From NCBI GenBank assembly GCA_016181405.1, contig JACOZJ010000002.1, positions 10,608 through 74,607 of the forward strand: a DNA stretch of 64,000 bases, written 5' to 3'. The position numbers and the translations under genes were made by a program. Under the pieces are notes generated by a model that saw nothing but the letters and a program-made list of their open reading frames with translations, was not told the DNA's origin and ran no database searches. This stretch comes from Candidatus Wildermuthbacteria bacterium. Its GTDB lineage: Bacteria; Patescibacteriota; Minisyncoccia; Minisyncoccales; UBA10102. Shown one piece after another: positions 17,615 through 25,495 of the stretch (positions within the stretch are counted from its first letter, which is position 1; each line of letters starts with the position of its first letter).

Positions 17615-18046
17615 ATGGAATGGACAAAGGTTCTCACGCCAGAGGAATACGAGCAGAACCGCAAAGGGATGGCGAAAGCACGTGGATTTCGCCGGCTCGG
17701 GAGCCGACTGTTCCGTACAACACTATTCTTGGGCTTCACTCTGATAAGCGTCGCTGGAGCGGGCAGCATCGGATGGCTCTCGCAAGACATCGTCATAATC
17801 GTCTTGACGATTGCGACGATACCGATTCTTTTGCTCATAATGGCTACCACATGGGCTATGGACAAATACTGGCAAACTCGACCCCGCAGTCAGTTCACGT
17901 TGATCACGTGCCCCAATTGCCAGCACCAAGACCGGGAGGGACACTTTACCCCAATCGAGCTCCTCGCCTGCCCAAGTTGCAGGAACACGGCTGCGCCGCA
18001 GGAGTACCAAACCGACGTGGTTGATGTACACTATAACCCGTCGTAG
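17615..18046 (+). CDS. Small two-TM membrane protein with a C-terminal CxxC...CxxC zinc ribbon (GC-richer plus-strand cassette)
   Basis: GGGAGGAAG SD lies 4 nt before the ATG at 17615 (MEWTKVL...). TATAAT at 17577-17582 excludes the ORF-track start at 17552. The ribbon is ITCPNCQHQDREGHFTPIELLACPSCRN. Confidence 0.65.
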   Translation: MEWTKVLTPEEYEQNRKGMAKARGFRRLGSRLFRTTLFLGFTLISVAGAGSIGWLSQDIVIIVLTIATIPILLLIMATTWAMDKYWQTRPRSQFTLITCPNCQHQDREGHFTPIELLACPSCRNTAAPQEYQTDVVDVHYNPS

Positions 18047-18061
18047 TGAGCACCCTAGAAA

Positions 18062-18100
18062 CCCCAAGTAACACATTCTTACGTGCTTGGGGTTTTTCTT
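18062..18100 (+). terminator. Intrinsic terminator
   Basis: CCCCAAG ... CTTGGGG stem followed by TTTTTCTTTT. Confidence 0.65.
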
Positions 18101-18139
18101 TTATCTCAATTCCATAATTTATTTCAGTCATTCACCATT

Positions 18140-18598
18140 TCATCTCCAACCATATTCGCTGTACATTACATCTTTGTCTATATATCCCAAAACTTCTCGA
18201 ATATAAGGAATGAGGTTTTCGGGAAGATCACTTTTATCAAACCAACTCAAATCATCGCACTTGTGCGGTTCAACATTTGCAATCTCCCCACTCCACCGCG
18301 CTGCAACGAAAAACACATCCGCACGTTCATTGTAGGAATCCTCACCCTTGCGATGCATCAAATGAACAAATCGCAAATCTTGCCCTCTCAATTCAACTCC
18401 CGCTTCTTCTTTCGCCTCGCGGATTATCGCATTGATATACGACTCCCCCTGCTCCACATGCCCGGAAACAAAACTGTAATTCCCATCTTCGTATCCCGTG
18501 TTGTATCTCCGCTGCAGCAGAATTTTATTTCCGTCTTGCAAAATTACATATGCCGCCGGAATAATTCTATGCCTATCTTTATTATTCGTCATCGCCAA
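18140..18598 (-). CDS. Nudix hydrolase
   Basis: Canonical Nudix box GHVEQGESYINAIIREAKEEAGV. Confidence 0.88.
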   Translation of the reverse strand: MAMTNNKDRHRIIPAAYVILQDGNKILLQRRYNTGYEDGNYSFVSGHVEQGESYINAIIREAKEEAGVELRGQDLRFVHLMHRKGEDSYNERADVFFVAARWSGEIANVEPHKCDDLSWFDKSDLPENLIPYIREVLGYIDKDVMYSEYGWR

Positions 18599-19013
18599 GC
18601 AACTTAAATAATCTTTCTTTTTCTTCTTCTGGTAAATCTTGATACAAAGGTTTTTGCACGGGGTCTGTCGCTTGGTGCAATTCGTCGTTCAAGTTGCGGG
18701 GATACAAATGAAAATGAAAATGTTTTATGCTCGTTCTGCTGTCTGAAACATAAGGTTTGTAATTTTGGCGAATGTCGCAGCCCGCAGAAAGTTTTGACAA
18801 AATCTTTTCTTCAAACTCAATAAGCAAATCTAAGAGTTCATTTCGCTCTTCTTTGGTCATTTCGGAAAGCCGCGTCACGTGCCGCTTTGGAATCACGAGC
18901 AAGTGGCCCGGCATTAGCCGCGGATTGCTCAAAATCACATGCATATACTTCCCCTCTTTGAGCGTCCGCTGTTCTTCTCTTGCCGATCCGCAAAACGGAC
19001 AATCCTTATTCAT
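18582..19013 (-). CDS. HIT-family (histidine triad) nucleotide hydrolase/transferase
   Basis: KHFHFHLYPR is an HxHxHxx motif. The N-terminus is MNKDCPFCGS. The ATG at 19013 forms an ATGA overlap with the upstream Nudix stop. The ORF-track extension was rejected. Confidence 0.85.
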   Translation of the reverse strand: MNKDCPFCGSAREEQRTLKEGKYMHVILSNPRLMPGHLLVIPKRHVTRLSEMTKEERNELLDLLIEFEEKILSKLSAGCDIRQNYKPYVSDSRTSIKHFHFHLYPRNLNDELHQATDPVQKPLYQDLPEEEKERLFKLLGDDE

Positions 19014-19441
19014 ATGTCTTTGTCTACTGCTTCCATAATCAGGTGGGTGCCGGGGAGCACATCGAGATGTTGGATCTCCTCTCTCCCATACCATTTCACT
19101 TCGGAAACTTTTTTGTCTAAAGGTTTCGGTTCGCCCGATATATGCCTCGCCTCAAAACTCCAAATAAATGCCTGAAGAGCAATACCATCATTCCTTTGCC
19201 ATATTTTATTATAAGCAAGCGGCAGAACTCGCACTATCTCAACAACACAGCCAGTTTCTTCTTTACACTCTCGACAAGCTGCTTGCTCTGGCGTCTCGCC
19301 GAACTCCACAACTCCGCCCGGAAACTCCCATTTGCCGTCTGCCTCCGGAATCAAAGGGTCAATCCTCTTTTGCATGAGAAATTTTCCCTCTGCGTTGCGG
19401 ACACACGCCACCGCAATAACCTTTTGCTTTTTATCCTCCAT
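19010..19441 (-). CDS. Nudix hydrolase (MutT-like)
   Basis: FPGGVVEFGETPEQAACRECKEETG. Start set to MEDKKQK (19441), just after the secA stop. Confidence 0.88.
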   Translation of the reverse strand: MEDKKQKVIAVACVRNAEGKFLMQKRIDPLIPEADGKWEFPGGVVEFGETPEQAACRECKEETGCVVEIVRVLPLAYNKIWQRNDGIALQAFIWSFEARHISGEPKPLDKKVSEVKWYGREEIQHLDVLPGTHLIMEAVDKDI

Positions 19442-21956
19442 GGCATTTTTTGAACTTCTTTCCGGAGCCGCAGGGGCAGGGATCGTTGCGCCCCACCTTT
19501 TCACCAGCCGGAGCGCTGCTCTGCGGCGCGGAGGCGGACGCCAGCGGCGCCGAATTCGAAGTAGAACTGGCGGGGCTCGAATAGCTCACATTTTTAGTGG
19601 GAATCACGGGTTGCGGCTGCAGATGCGCGTTCATTAAAGAAGTCGCTATGTTCTCATCTATCGCGTCGAGCAGCTGGCGGAACATTCGATGCCCTTCATT
19701 TTTGTATTCGATAAGAGGATCCTGCTGGCCATACGCGCGCAGGCGCACCGACTCTCGCACATACTCCATGTTCTCCAAATGTCCTACCCACAGAGAATCA
19801 ATCGCGTGCAAAGCCACAATTTTTTCTGCTTGGCGCATGTTTTTCTCGCCGAGCTCCTGTTCTTTCTTTTCATACTCTTCTTTGGTAAAGCCTACCTTCC
19901 CTTCCTCAAGGGTCGCACTTTGGCGTTGAATAATATTCATAACATGCTCTTTGAGTTCTCCTTTTTGAGCTTTTCCCAAAATATCTCGACGGAGGCGATA
20001 TATCGCGTCTCTATGTTTATTCAACACATCGTCAAACTGCAACAAATGCTTCCGAGCGTCAAAATGGAAACCTTCTATCTTTGACTGCGCGGATTCCAGC
20101 GCCCCAGAAAGCATTCTGTTCTCAATAGGCTGATCTTCTGGCATATGAAGTTTTTCCATTAGCCCCTTGATTTTCTCGCCGCCGAACACCCGCATCAAAT
20201 CATCTTCCAAAGAAACGAAAAACTGCGTGGAGCCAGGATCGCCCTGCCTACCCGACCGCCCGCGAAGCTGGTTATCAATTCTCCGAGCTTCATGACGCTC
20301 TGTGCCTATTACATGCAACCCGCCCAATCCTTTTACTTTTGCCGCCTCCTCTTCGTCTTGCGGATTGCCGCCCAACACAATATCCACGCCGCGGCCCGCC
20401 ATGTTTGTTGCCACGGTTACGGCACCAAAACGCCCCGCCTGAGCGATAATTTGAGCTTCTTGCTCATGGTTTTTTGCATTGAGAACTTTGTGAGGAATCC
20501 CCTCTACCTCAAGCAATTTCCCCAGATATTCATTTTTCTGAATAGACACGGTGCCCACGAGCACAGGTTGCCCTTTCTCGTGCTTCTCTGCAATCTCTCG
20601 CGCCACTGCGCGAAACTTTCCTTGTTCTGATTTGTAAATGCGGTCCGGCAAATCTTGCCTGATCATTGGTTTGTTGGTAGGAATTTCTACAACCTCCAAG
20701 CCATATACTTTGTAAAATTCCTCCTCCGAAGTTAGAGCGGTTCCGGTCATGCCGGCTAATTTTTTGTACATCCGGAAATAGTTCTGGAATGTAATGGAAG
20801 CCAACGTAAGGGATTCGGGTTGCACCTGCACTCCTTCTTTTGCTTCCAGTGCCTGATGCAGTCCACCAGAATAGCGGCGCCCGGGAAGCAAACGGCCCGT
20901 GAATTCGTCGACAATCACTACCTGCCCCGAACGCACTACATAATCGCGATCGAGCTGAAACAAACCCTGCGCGCGCAACGCCTGCTCTAAATGATGAACA
21001 TATTTAATTCCTTTTTCTTGGTAAATATCCTCCACGCCCAAAAGCTTTTCCACTTTGTTGATCCCAGGATCGGTAATCGTTACTGCCTTGAGTTTTTCAT
21101 CAATTTCGTAATCCACATCCTTTTGCAGCTGCGGCGTGATTTTCGCAAAATCCCTGTACCATGAGGAGCTTTCTTCGTCGGGCGCAGAAATAATCAAAGG
21201 TGTTCTGGCTTCATCTATTAAGATGGAATCAACTTCGTCGATAATGGCCAAGTGATGCCCCCGTTGCACTTGTTGTTCCAAGTCATACACCATATTGTCG
21301 CGCAAAAAATCAAACCCGAATTCGTTGTTTGTACCGTATGTAATATCGGCCGCGTACGCCTCCTTTCTTGTACAAGGATGCAGGTACGAATCTTCCACGA
21401 GGAAACTCCCTTTTTCATCGCGCCGCTCGTCTTTTTCATCATTTGGCTCCTGGCGATAGTTAGCATCATATATATAAGAAGCTTCATGCGTAATACATCC
21501 AACCGAAAGCCCCAGGGCATCATAAATTTGCCCCATCCATACGGCGTCACGCTTTGCCAAATAATCATTTACCGTAACCACGTGCACGCCTTTCCCTTCC
21601 AGTGCGTTCAGGTACGCGGGAAGAGTAGCAACAAGCGTTTTCCCTTCACCCGTTTTCATCTCTGCAATTTTCCCTTCATGCAGCACCGCACCTCCGATTA
21701 TCTGTACGTCGAAATGACGCTGGCCTAGGGTACGCTTCGCGGATTCGCGAACAAGGGCAAAAGCTTCGGGGAGCAAATCTTGGAGTGAACTACCCCCGCC
21801 GATTTTTTCTTTGAGTCCCTCTGTTTTTGTTTTGAGTTCTCCTAAATCGAGTTTCTCAAGCTCAAGCTCCAAAGCATTCACCTGCGAAACAATTTCTTGT
21901 AGCGCCTTCACGGTCGAACCCTGTCCACCTTTGAAAATTTTGTTTAATACTCCCAT
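19431..21956 (-). CDS. secA: Preprotein translocase ATPase SecA
   Basis: 841 aa. MKTGEGKTLVATLPAYLNAL, the DEAD-like IIDEVDSILIDEARTPLIIS and the C-terminal zinc motif CPCGSGKKFKKCHG. Confidence 0.96.
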   Translation of the reverse strand: MGVLNKIFKGGQGSTVKALQEIVSQVNALELELEKLDLGELKTKTEGLKEKIGGGSSLQDLLPEAFALVRESAKRTLGQRHFDVQIIGGAVLHEGKIAEMKTGEGKTLVATLPAYLNALEGKGVHVVTVNDYLAKRDAVWMGQIYDALGLSVGCITHEASYIYDANYRQEPNDEKDERRDEKGSFLVEDSYLHPCTRKEAYAADITYGTNNEFGFDFLRDNMVYDLEQQVQRGHHLAIIDEVDSILIDEARTPLIISAPDEESSSWYRDFAKITPQLQKDVDYEIDEKLKAVTITDPGINKVEKLLGVEDIYQEKGIKYVHHLEQALRAQGLFQLDRDYVVRSGQVVIVDEFTGRLLPGRRYSGGLHQALEAKEGVQVQPESLTLASITFQNYFRMYKKLAGMTGTALTSEEEFYKVYGLEVVEIPTNKPMIRQDLPDRIYKSEQGKFRAVAREIAEKHEKGQPVLVGTVSIQKNEYLGKLLEVEGIPHKVLNAKNHEQEAQIIAQAGRFGAVTVATNMAGRGVDIVLGGNPQDEEEAAKVKGLGGLHVIGTERHEARRIDNQLRGRSGRQGDPGSTQFFVSLEDDLMRVFGGEKIKGLMEKLHMPEDQPIENRMLSGALESAQSKIEGFHFDARKHLLQFDDVLNKHRDAIYRLRRDILGKAQKGELKEHVMNIIQRQSATLEEGKVGFTKEEYEKKEQELGEKNMRQAEKIVALHAIDSLWVGHLENMEYVRESVRLRAYGQQDPLIEYKNEGHRMFRQLLDAIDENIATSLMNAHLQPQPVIPTKNVSYSSPASSTSNSAPLASASAPQSSAPAGEKVGRNDPCPCGSGKKFKKCHGG

Positions 21957-21985
21957 GATAGATTTAAACTATACCACATTTTGCT

Positions 21986-22024
21986 CCAAAAACAAACCCG
22001 CCACATACCGTATGGTATGTGGCG
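21986..22024 (-). terminator. Intrinsic terminator between murB and secA
   Basis: The minus strand reads CGCCACATACC-atac-GGTATGTGGCG (11-bp perfect stem) followed by GGTTTGTTTTTGG. Confidence 0.75.
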
Positions 22025-22242
22025 AGGTTTGGAAAGAAAACTATCTCTTCTTTCTGCGGCGGGTTGTCTTCTTCGTAGTCTTCTTCTTTGAAGAAGCAGC
22101 CTTTCTTCTTTTTTTTGCTGGCATTGGTTTTGAAAAAATTTTCCAGACTAGTTATGAATTGTTTTGCGATAGCACGACCTTCACAAAAAATTACTATACA
22201 AAACAAATCTTTATTTCATTTTTTCATTACCAACACACTCTG

Positions 22243-23196
22243 TCAATGTGGAAAAGTTATTTCTTCTTCCAAATCAATGCTGAACTTATTTTTTATTTCT
22301 TTTTTCACGCGTGCAATCAATTGCAATACATCATTTGCGGTTGCGTTGCCACGATTCACAATGTAGTTTGGATGCTTTTCTGAAATTTCAGCGTCTCCCA
22401 CCCGCATCCCCTGCAGCTTCGCGCGCACAATGAGCGCTGCCGCGGGAATTACCGGAAAAGGATCCGCCTTGATTACGTCTTTGAATTGCGCCTGAATCGT
22501 TTCGGGAGTTTCTTTGAGATCGCAATTTTTAAAAATACTTCCCGCGCTCGGATACTCCAGCGGATGTCGCTCTTTTCGATAGCGCATATGTTCTTTCGCG
22601 ACGGCCTGAATTTTTGCTTTGTTGCCTTTCCGCAGTTGCATTGTTGCGGCAAGAATAATATAACCTTTTTTCTTAAAGATAGATGAGCGATATGCAAATT
22701 GACATTCTCTCCTTGAAAATTTCCTGCGCCTACCCTCATGATCAAGCGCTTCCACGTCAACAACGGAATCTTTTGTCTCCCCTCCAAAAGCGCCCGCGTT
22801 TCCCCGAACTGCTCCGCCCAAAGTACCCGGCAACCCACCTGCCCACTCCAATTCCTGCAATCCCCGCTTCCCTGTTTCTCGTACCAACGTAGCCATTGGC
22901 ACGCCCGCCTCAGCCCAAACTTTTGTATCGCGTACCTTATATTTTGTATTCTGTATTTTAATAACGAGACCAGAAAAACCTTTATCTGGCATAAGCACGT
23001 TGCTCCCTCCCGCCAATACAAAAAACGGCAGCTTCAACGATCGCGCCACTTGCACCGCTTTTACGATTTGCGCGTTTGTTTTTGCCGCAAAAAAATACTT
23101 CGCCGGCCCGCCAATGTGAAATGTCGTATGGCTCTTTAAAAGCACATTCCGCCGCACTCCCGGAATCTGTTTCTTCAGCGCTGCAAATTCATTCAT
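22243..23196 (-). CDS. murB: UDP-N-acetylenolpyruvoylglucosamine reductase
   Basis: LLKSHTTFHIGGPAKYF, VLAGGSNVL and GSIFKN. Start trimmed to MNEFAALKK (ATG 23196). Confidence 0.92.
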   Translation of the reverse strand: MNEFAALKKQIPGVRRNVLLKSHTTFHIGGPAKYFFAAKTNAQIVKAVQVARSLKLPFFVLAGGSNVLMPDKGFSGLVIKIQNTKYKVRDTKVWAEAGVPMATLVRETGKRGLQELEWAGGLPGTLGGAVRGNAGAFGGETKDSVVDVEALDHEGRRRKFSRRECQFAYRSSIFKKKGYIILAATMQLRKGNKAKIQAVAKEHMRYRKERHPLEYPSAGSIFKNCDLKETPETIQAQFKDVIKADPFPVIPAAALIVRAKLQGMRVGDAEISEKHPNYIVNRGNATANDVLQLIARVKKEIKNKFSIDLEEEITFPH

Positions 23197-23246
23197 ACTA
23201 GTATTTTTACCAATCCCCTCGGCCGAATGCAAGGTTTCTTGCGCTA

Positions 23247-23276
23247 TTGGCAAACATAGCACGCCTATGCTATAGT
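23247..23276 (+). promoter_or_regulatory. Sigma70-like promoter upstream of the tRNA-like gene
   Basis: TTGGCA (23247-23252), an 18-nt spacer, then TATAGT (23271-23276). Confidence 0.45.
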
Positions 23277-23341
23277 CAAAGCGGCAACTTAGACTCTCTC
23301 GAGCTGCCGGGTCGCATTCGGCAGCTTGTCATCTTATTAGT

Positions 23342-23419
23342 GCAGATGTAACTTCCTGGTACTCGCGGAAGTCACAGGGTTCATAACCCCCAGGTGCGGT
23401 TCGATTCCGCGCATCTGCA
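23342..23419 (+). tRNA. Atypical tRNA, best read as CAU anticodon (Met or Ile2-type); CCA not encoded
   Basis: Acceptor GCAGATG/CATCTGC, T-arm TGCGG-TTCGATT-CCGCG and anticodon loop TTCATAA (U33, CAT, A37). Unusual points are a 6-bp D-stem ACTTCC/GGAAGT with a 10-nt loop, and an anticodon stem CAGGG/CCCCC with only 3 GC pairs plus A.C and C.C mismatches. Confidence 0.6.
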
Positions 23420-23430
23420 CTAGGAAAATA

Positions 23431-23480
23431 AAACGAGGCACGTACTTATCATACCGTACTACCCTCGTTTTTCTTTTTTA
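23431..23480. terminator. Bidirectional intrinsic terminator (tRNA on the plus strand, helicase on the minus strand)
   Basis: AAACGAGG ... CCTCGTTT stem. It is flanked by TTTTCTTTTTT on the plus strand and by a T-rich run on the minus strand. Confidence 0.6.
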
Positions 23481-25163
23481 TTTCTGTTTTAAGGACCAAA
23501 AGTAGAGACGGATGGCGCGAAGCTTGTCAAACGACAGACTGTACCCCTGCTTATCAAGATCTCTTTTAATAGGACTTAAATAATCAAAACCCTCTTCTAT
23601 GGATGCCAGAGCGATTTCAACGGCTTTCTGAATGTGCTTGGGCGGAGCAAGATAAGAGAAATCGAGCGGGACGCCTTCTTTGAGCAAATTCTCCGCGTGG
23701 CCAATAATAGTGCCTAGGGTAAGATTCCGCTCTTTCGCTGCCTGCTCAAGCCTCATTCCTTTTTGCAGCAGCAAAAGCGTTTGTTCTTTGGTCGGAACGC
23801 GCTCTGCCTTTTTTAATCTTCCTTTCTCCTGCGGAGAAACCGCATGAAGTGAACCTCCGCACAGCGCAATAAACTTTTCCTGCCTTTCTCGCATGACGTC
23901 TGAGGAAAGCTCCGCCAAACGCGCCTCGGCTCTGGAAGAATGCGTCCTGAAGGCTTCATCTTTGGAAGCCACGTATTCATCAACCAGCAAAGCTGTTTCA
24001 TTGAGCGCCCGAAGATACAAGCCTGTAAGCGCACGCACCCGAGAAAGCGCCACGTATCCTTGCCCCGGCACAAATGAACGGCCAAGATCGATATCGGCTT
24101 CGTCTAACGTCATGCCCTGGCTCTTGTGCACAGTAATCGCCCAAGCAAGCCTGAGCGGCACTTGCGTAATTTCAGCCAATACTTTTCCGTCTTCCTCGCG
24201 CCTCCAGCTAGCAGGAAACGCGCGGATCGTATCCCCCGCCCTTGTTCGCACCACAGGATACCCCCCTTCAAACCCCGCGATTCTGCCTTGCGTTCCGTTT
24301 ACGTATTGAAAATTCTGCTCATTTTTTACGAACATTACTTCGGCGTCTTTTTTTAAACGAAGGTACTCGGGCGCCAGGCATCCGCGTATAAGCTGCTCCA
24401 CATACTGTTTTCTCCCCGCAGTTTGCATATGGAATAATTCTTCTTTCCCTTTGAGCATTGTTAATTGTTCCTCATTCAGGGCGTCCACATCAACGTTATG
24501 CGTAAAGAGCCGGGTGATTTGCCGCTCTTCCGTCAGCGACAATCCTTGTCGATTTTTGAGCTTCTCCCGTACCTCTTGGGTAACCTGCCCTCGCCGAATA
24601 GCAGAGAGAATAGCATAAAATGCATTGTCTTCGTGGCGAAACTGCTGGGTAAGATAGCAGGTTACCGGAGAAAGTTGCCTCCAGGCTTCTGACTCAAACG
24701 CGTAGGATGGCCGAACTCCTTCCCTCGCAACAGGAGGAAGCTGGAAGAAATCACCAGAGCACACGACCTGCATACCGCCGAAAGGCATATCGTTTCTCTT
24801 CATATGTCGGCATACCTGATCTACCATATTAAAAAACTCACCCGAAAGCATAGATATTTCGTCTATGATTAACACGCGTGCGGACTCAAAACGCCGCCAC
24901 AAAGGCTTCTTTTGCTCCATTTGCTCCAATTCAAAAGAAGAAACGCGTTCTCTAATACCAATACCAGACCAGGAATGAATAGTCGTTCCTTCAATGTGCG
25001 TGGCGGCAATGCCGGTGGACGCGGTTATGGCAGGCTCAATACCGTGCTGCCTAAGCCAGGCAATAAAGATGTTGAGCACATATGTTTTCCCTGTGCCAGC
25101 CTCACCTGTCAGATACACGCTATGCCCCATTTTTAAAATATTCAGCGCTTCGTGTTGTGTCAT
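23478..25163 (-). CDS. PIF1/RecD-family (SF1B) DNA helicase with a C-terminal HTH region
   Basis: YLTGEAGTGKTY (Walker A), LIIDEISML, GDFFQLPPV and TVHKSQGMT. Confidence 0.88.
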   Translation of the reverse strand: MTQHEALNILKMGHSVYLTGEAGTGKTYVLNIFIAWLRQHGIEPAITASTGIAATHIEGTTIHSWSGIGIRERVSSFELEQMEQKKPLWRRFESARVLIIDEISMLSGEFFNMVDQVCRHMKRNDMPFGGMQVVCSGDFFQLPPVAREGVRPSYAFESEAWRQLSPVTCYLTQQFRHEDNAFYAILSAIRRGQVTQEVREKLKNRQGLSLTEERQITRLFTHNVDVDALNEEQLTMLKGKEELFHMQTAGRKQYVEQLIRGCLAPEYLRLKKDAEVMFVKNEQNFQYVNGTQGRIAGFEGGYPVVRTRAGDTIRAFPASWRREEDGKVLAEITQVPLRLAWAITVHKSQGMTLDEADIDLGRSFVPGQGYVALSRVRALTGLYLRALNETALLVDEYVASKDEAFRTHSSRAEARLAELSSDVMRERQEKFIALCGGSLHAVSPQEKGRLKKAERVPTKEQTLLLLQKGMRLEQAAKERNLTLGTIIGHAENLLKEGVPLDFSYLAPPKHIQKAVEIALASIEEGFDYLSPIKRDLDKQGYSLSFDKLRAIRLYFWSLKQK

Positions 25164-25179
25164 ATACGCAGGTTTATTC

Positions 25180-25386
25180 TAAACCCGCCCCAGCTAAGCT
25201 GGGGCGGGGAAAATTCCTTATGAAACCGGGGCGGTAACCCCATGTTGTGAAACTTAATGAGTTCAGCCCCCGGTTTCAACTCCTATGATAGCAGTATCTT
25301 TATAAAAAGCAAAAGGCCTCACCTAGGGGAGGTCTTCTGCCGTTTCACGTCGGGGACGGACAACTTGCGTTGTACCGAACTCATTG
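25180..25386 (-). ncRNA. Candidate structured RNA of unknown family (an sRNA or the 5' leader of the helicase gene)
   Basis: It starts about 7 nt after a consensus promoter. Helices: AATGAGTTC/GAACTCATT (25377-85 with 25256-64), GTCCCC/GGGGGC (25352-57 with 25266-71), a GNRA-capped ACAAC-GCAA-GTTGT (25360-73), GAAACCGGGG/CCCCGGTTTC (25222-31 with 25268-77) and CCCGCCCCAGC-tta-GCTGGGGCGGG (25184-25208). No ORF is present. Confidence 0.5.
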
Positions 25387-25390
25387 CGCC

Positions 25391-25418
25391 ATTATACACT
25401 TTTAAAATAAATTGTCAA
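25391..25418 (-). promoter_or_regulatory. Consensus sigma70 promoter
   Basis: The minus strand reads TTGACA (25418-25413), a 16-nt spacer, then TATAAT (25396-25391). Confidence 0.7.
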
Positions 25419-25495
25419 TCCTGTAGTAGATTTTGGCCAGATTTCATCTATTTTTGTTTCGCATATGGCGAAACGGTCAAAAATTCACTACGGGG

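Noticed and set aside
21964-22206. The 80-aa ORF in the secA-murB spacer.
   Set aside because: It runs through the terminator hairpin, has a low-complexity translation and has no SD. Only the alternative 27-codon basic micro-ORF was kept, as a low-priority note.
23342-23419. tRNA-Sec or UGA-suppressor reading of the atypical tRNA (6-bp D-stem, extendable 8-10-bp acceptor, TCA present in the loop).
   Set aside because: Reading UCA as the anticodon would place a pyrimidine at position 37 and leave the stem unpaired. There is no long variable arm. CAU with U33 and A37 fits the loop far better.
25222-25277. T-box riboswitch idea for the structured RNA. ATGGGGTTACCGCCCC loosely resembles the T-box core GGGTGGTACCGCG.
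   Set aside because: I could identify no Stem I with a specifier loop or AGAGA/GA motif. The similarity is short, and the downstream gene is a helicase, not an aminoacyl-tRNA synthetase or amino-acid gene. A retron-type msr/msd was also considered, but no reverse transcriptase is nearby.
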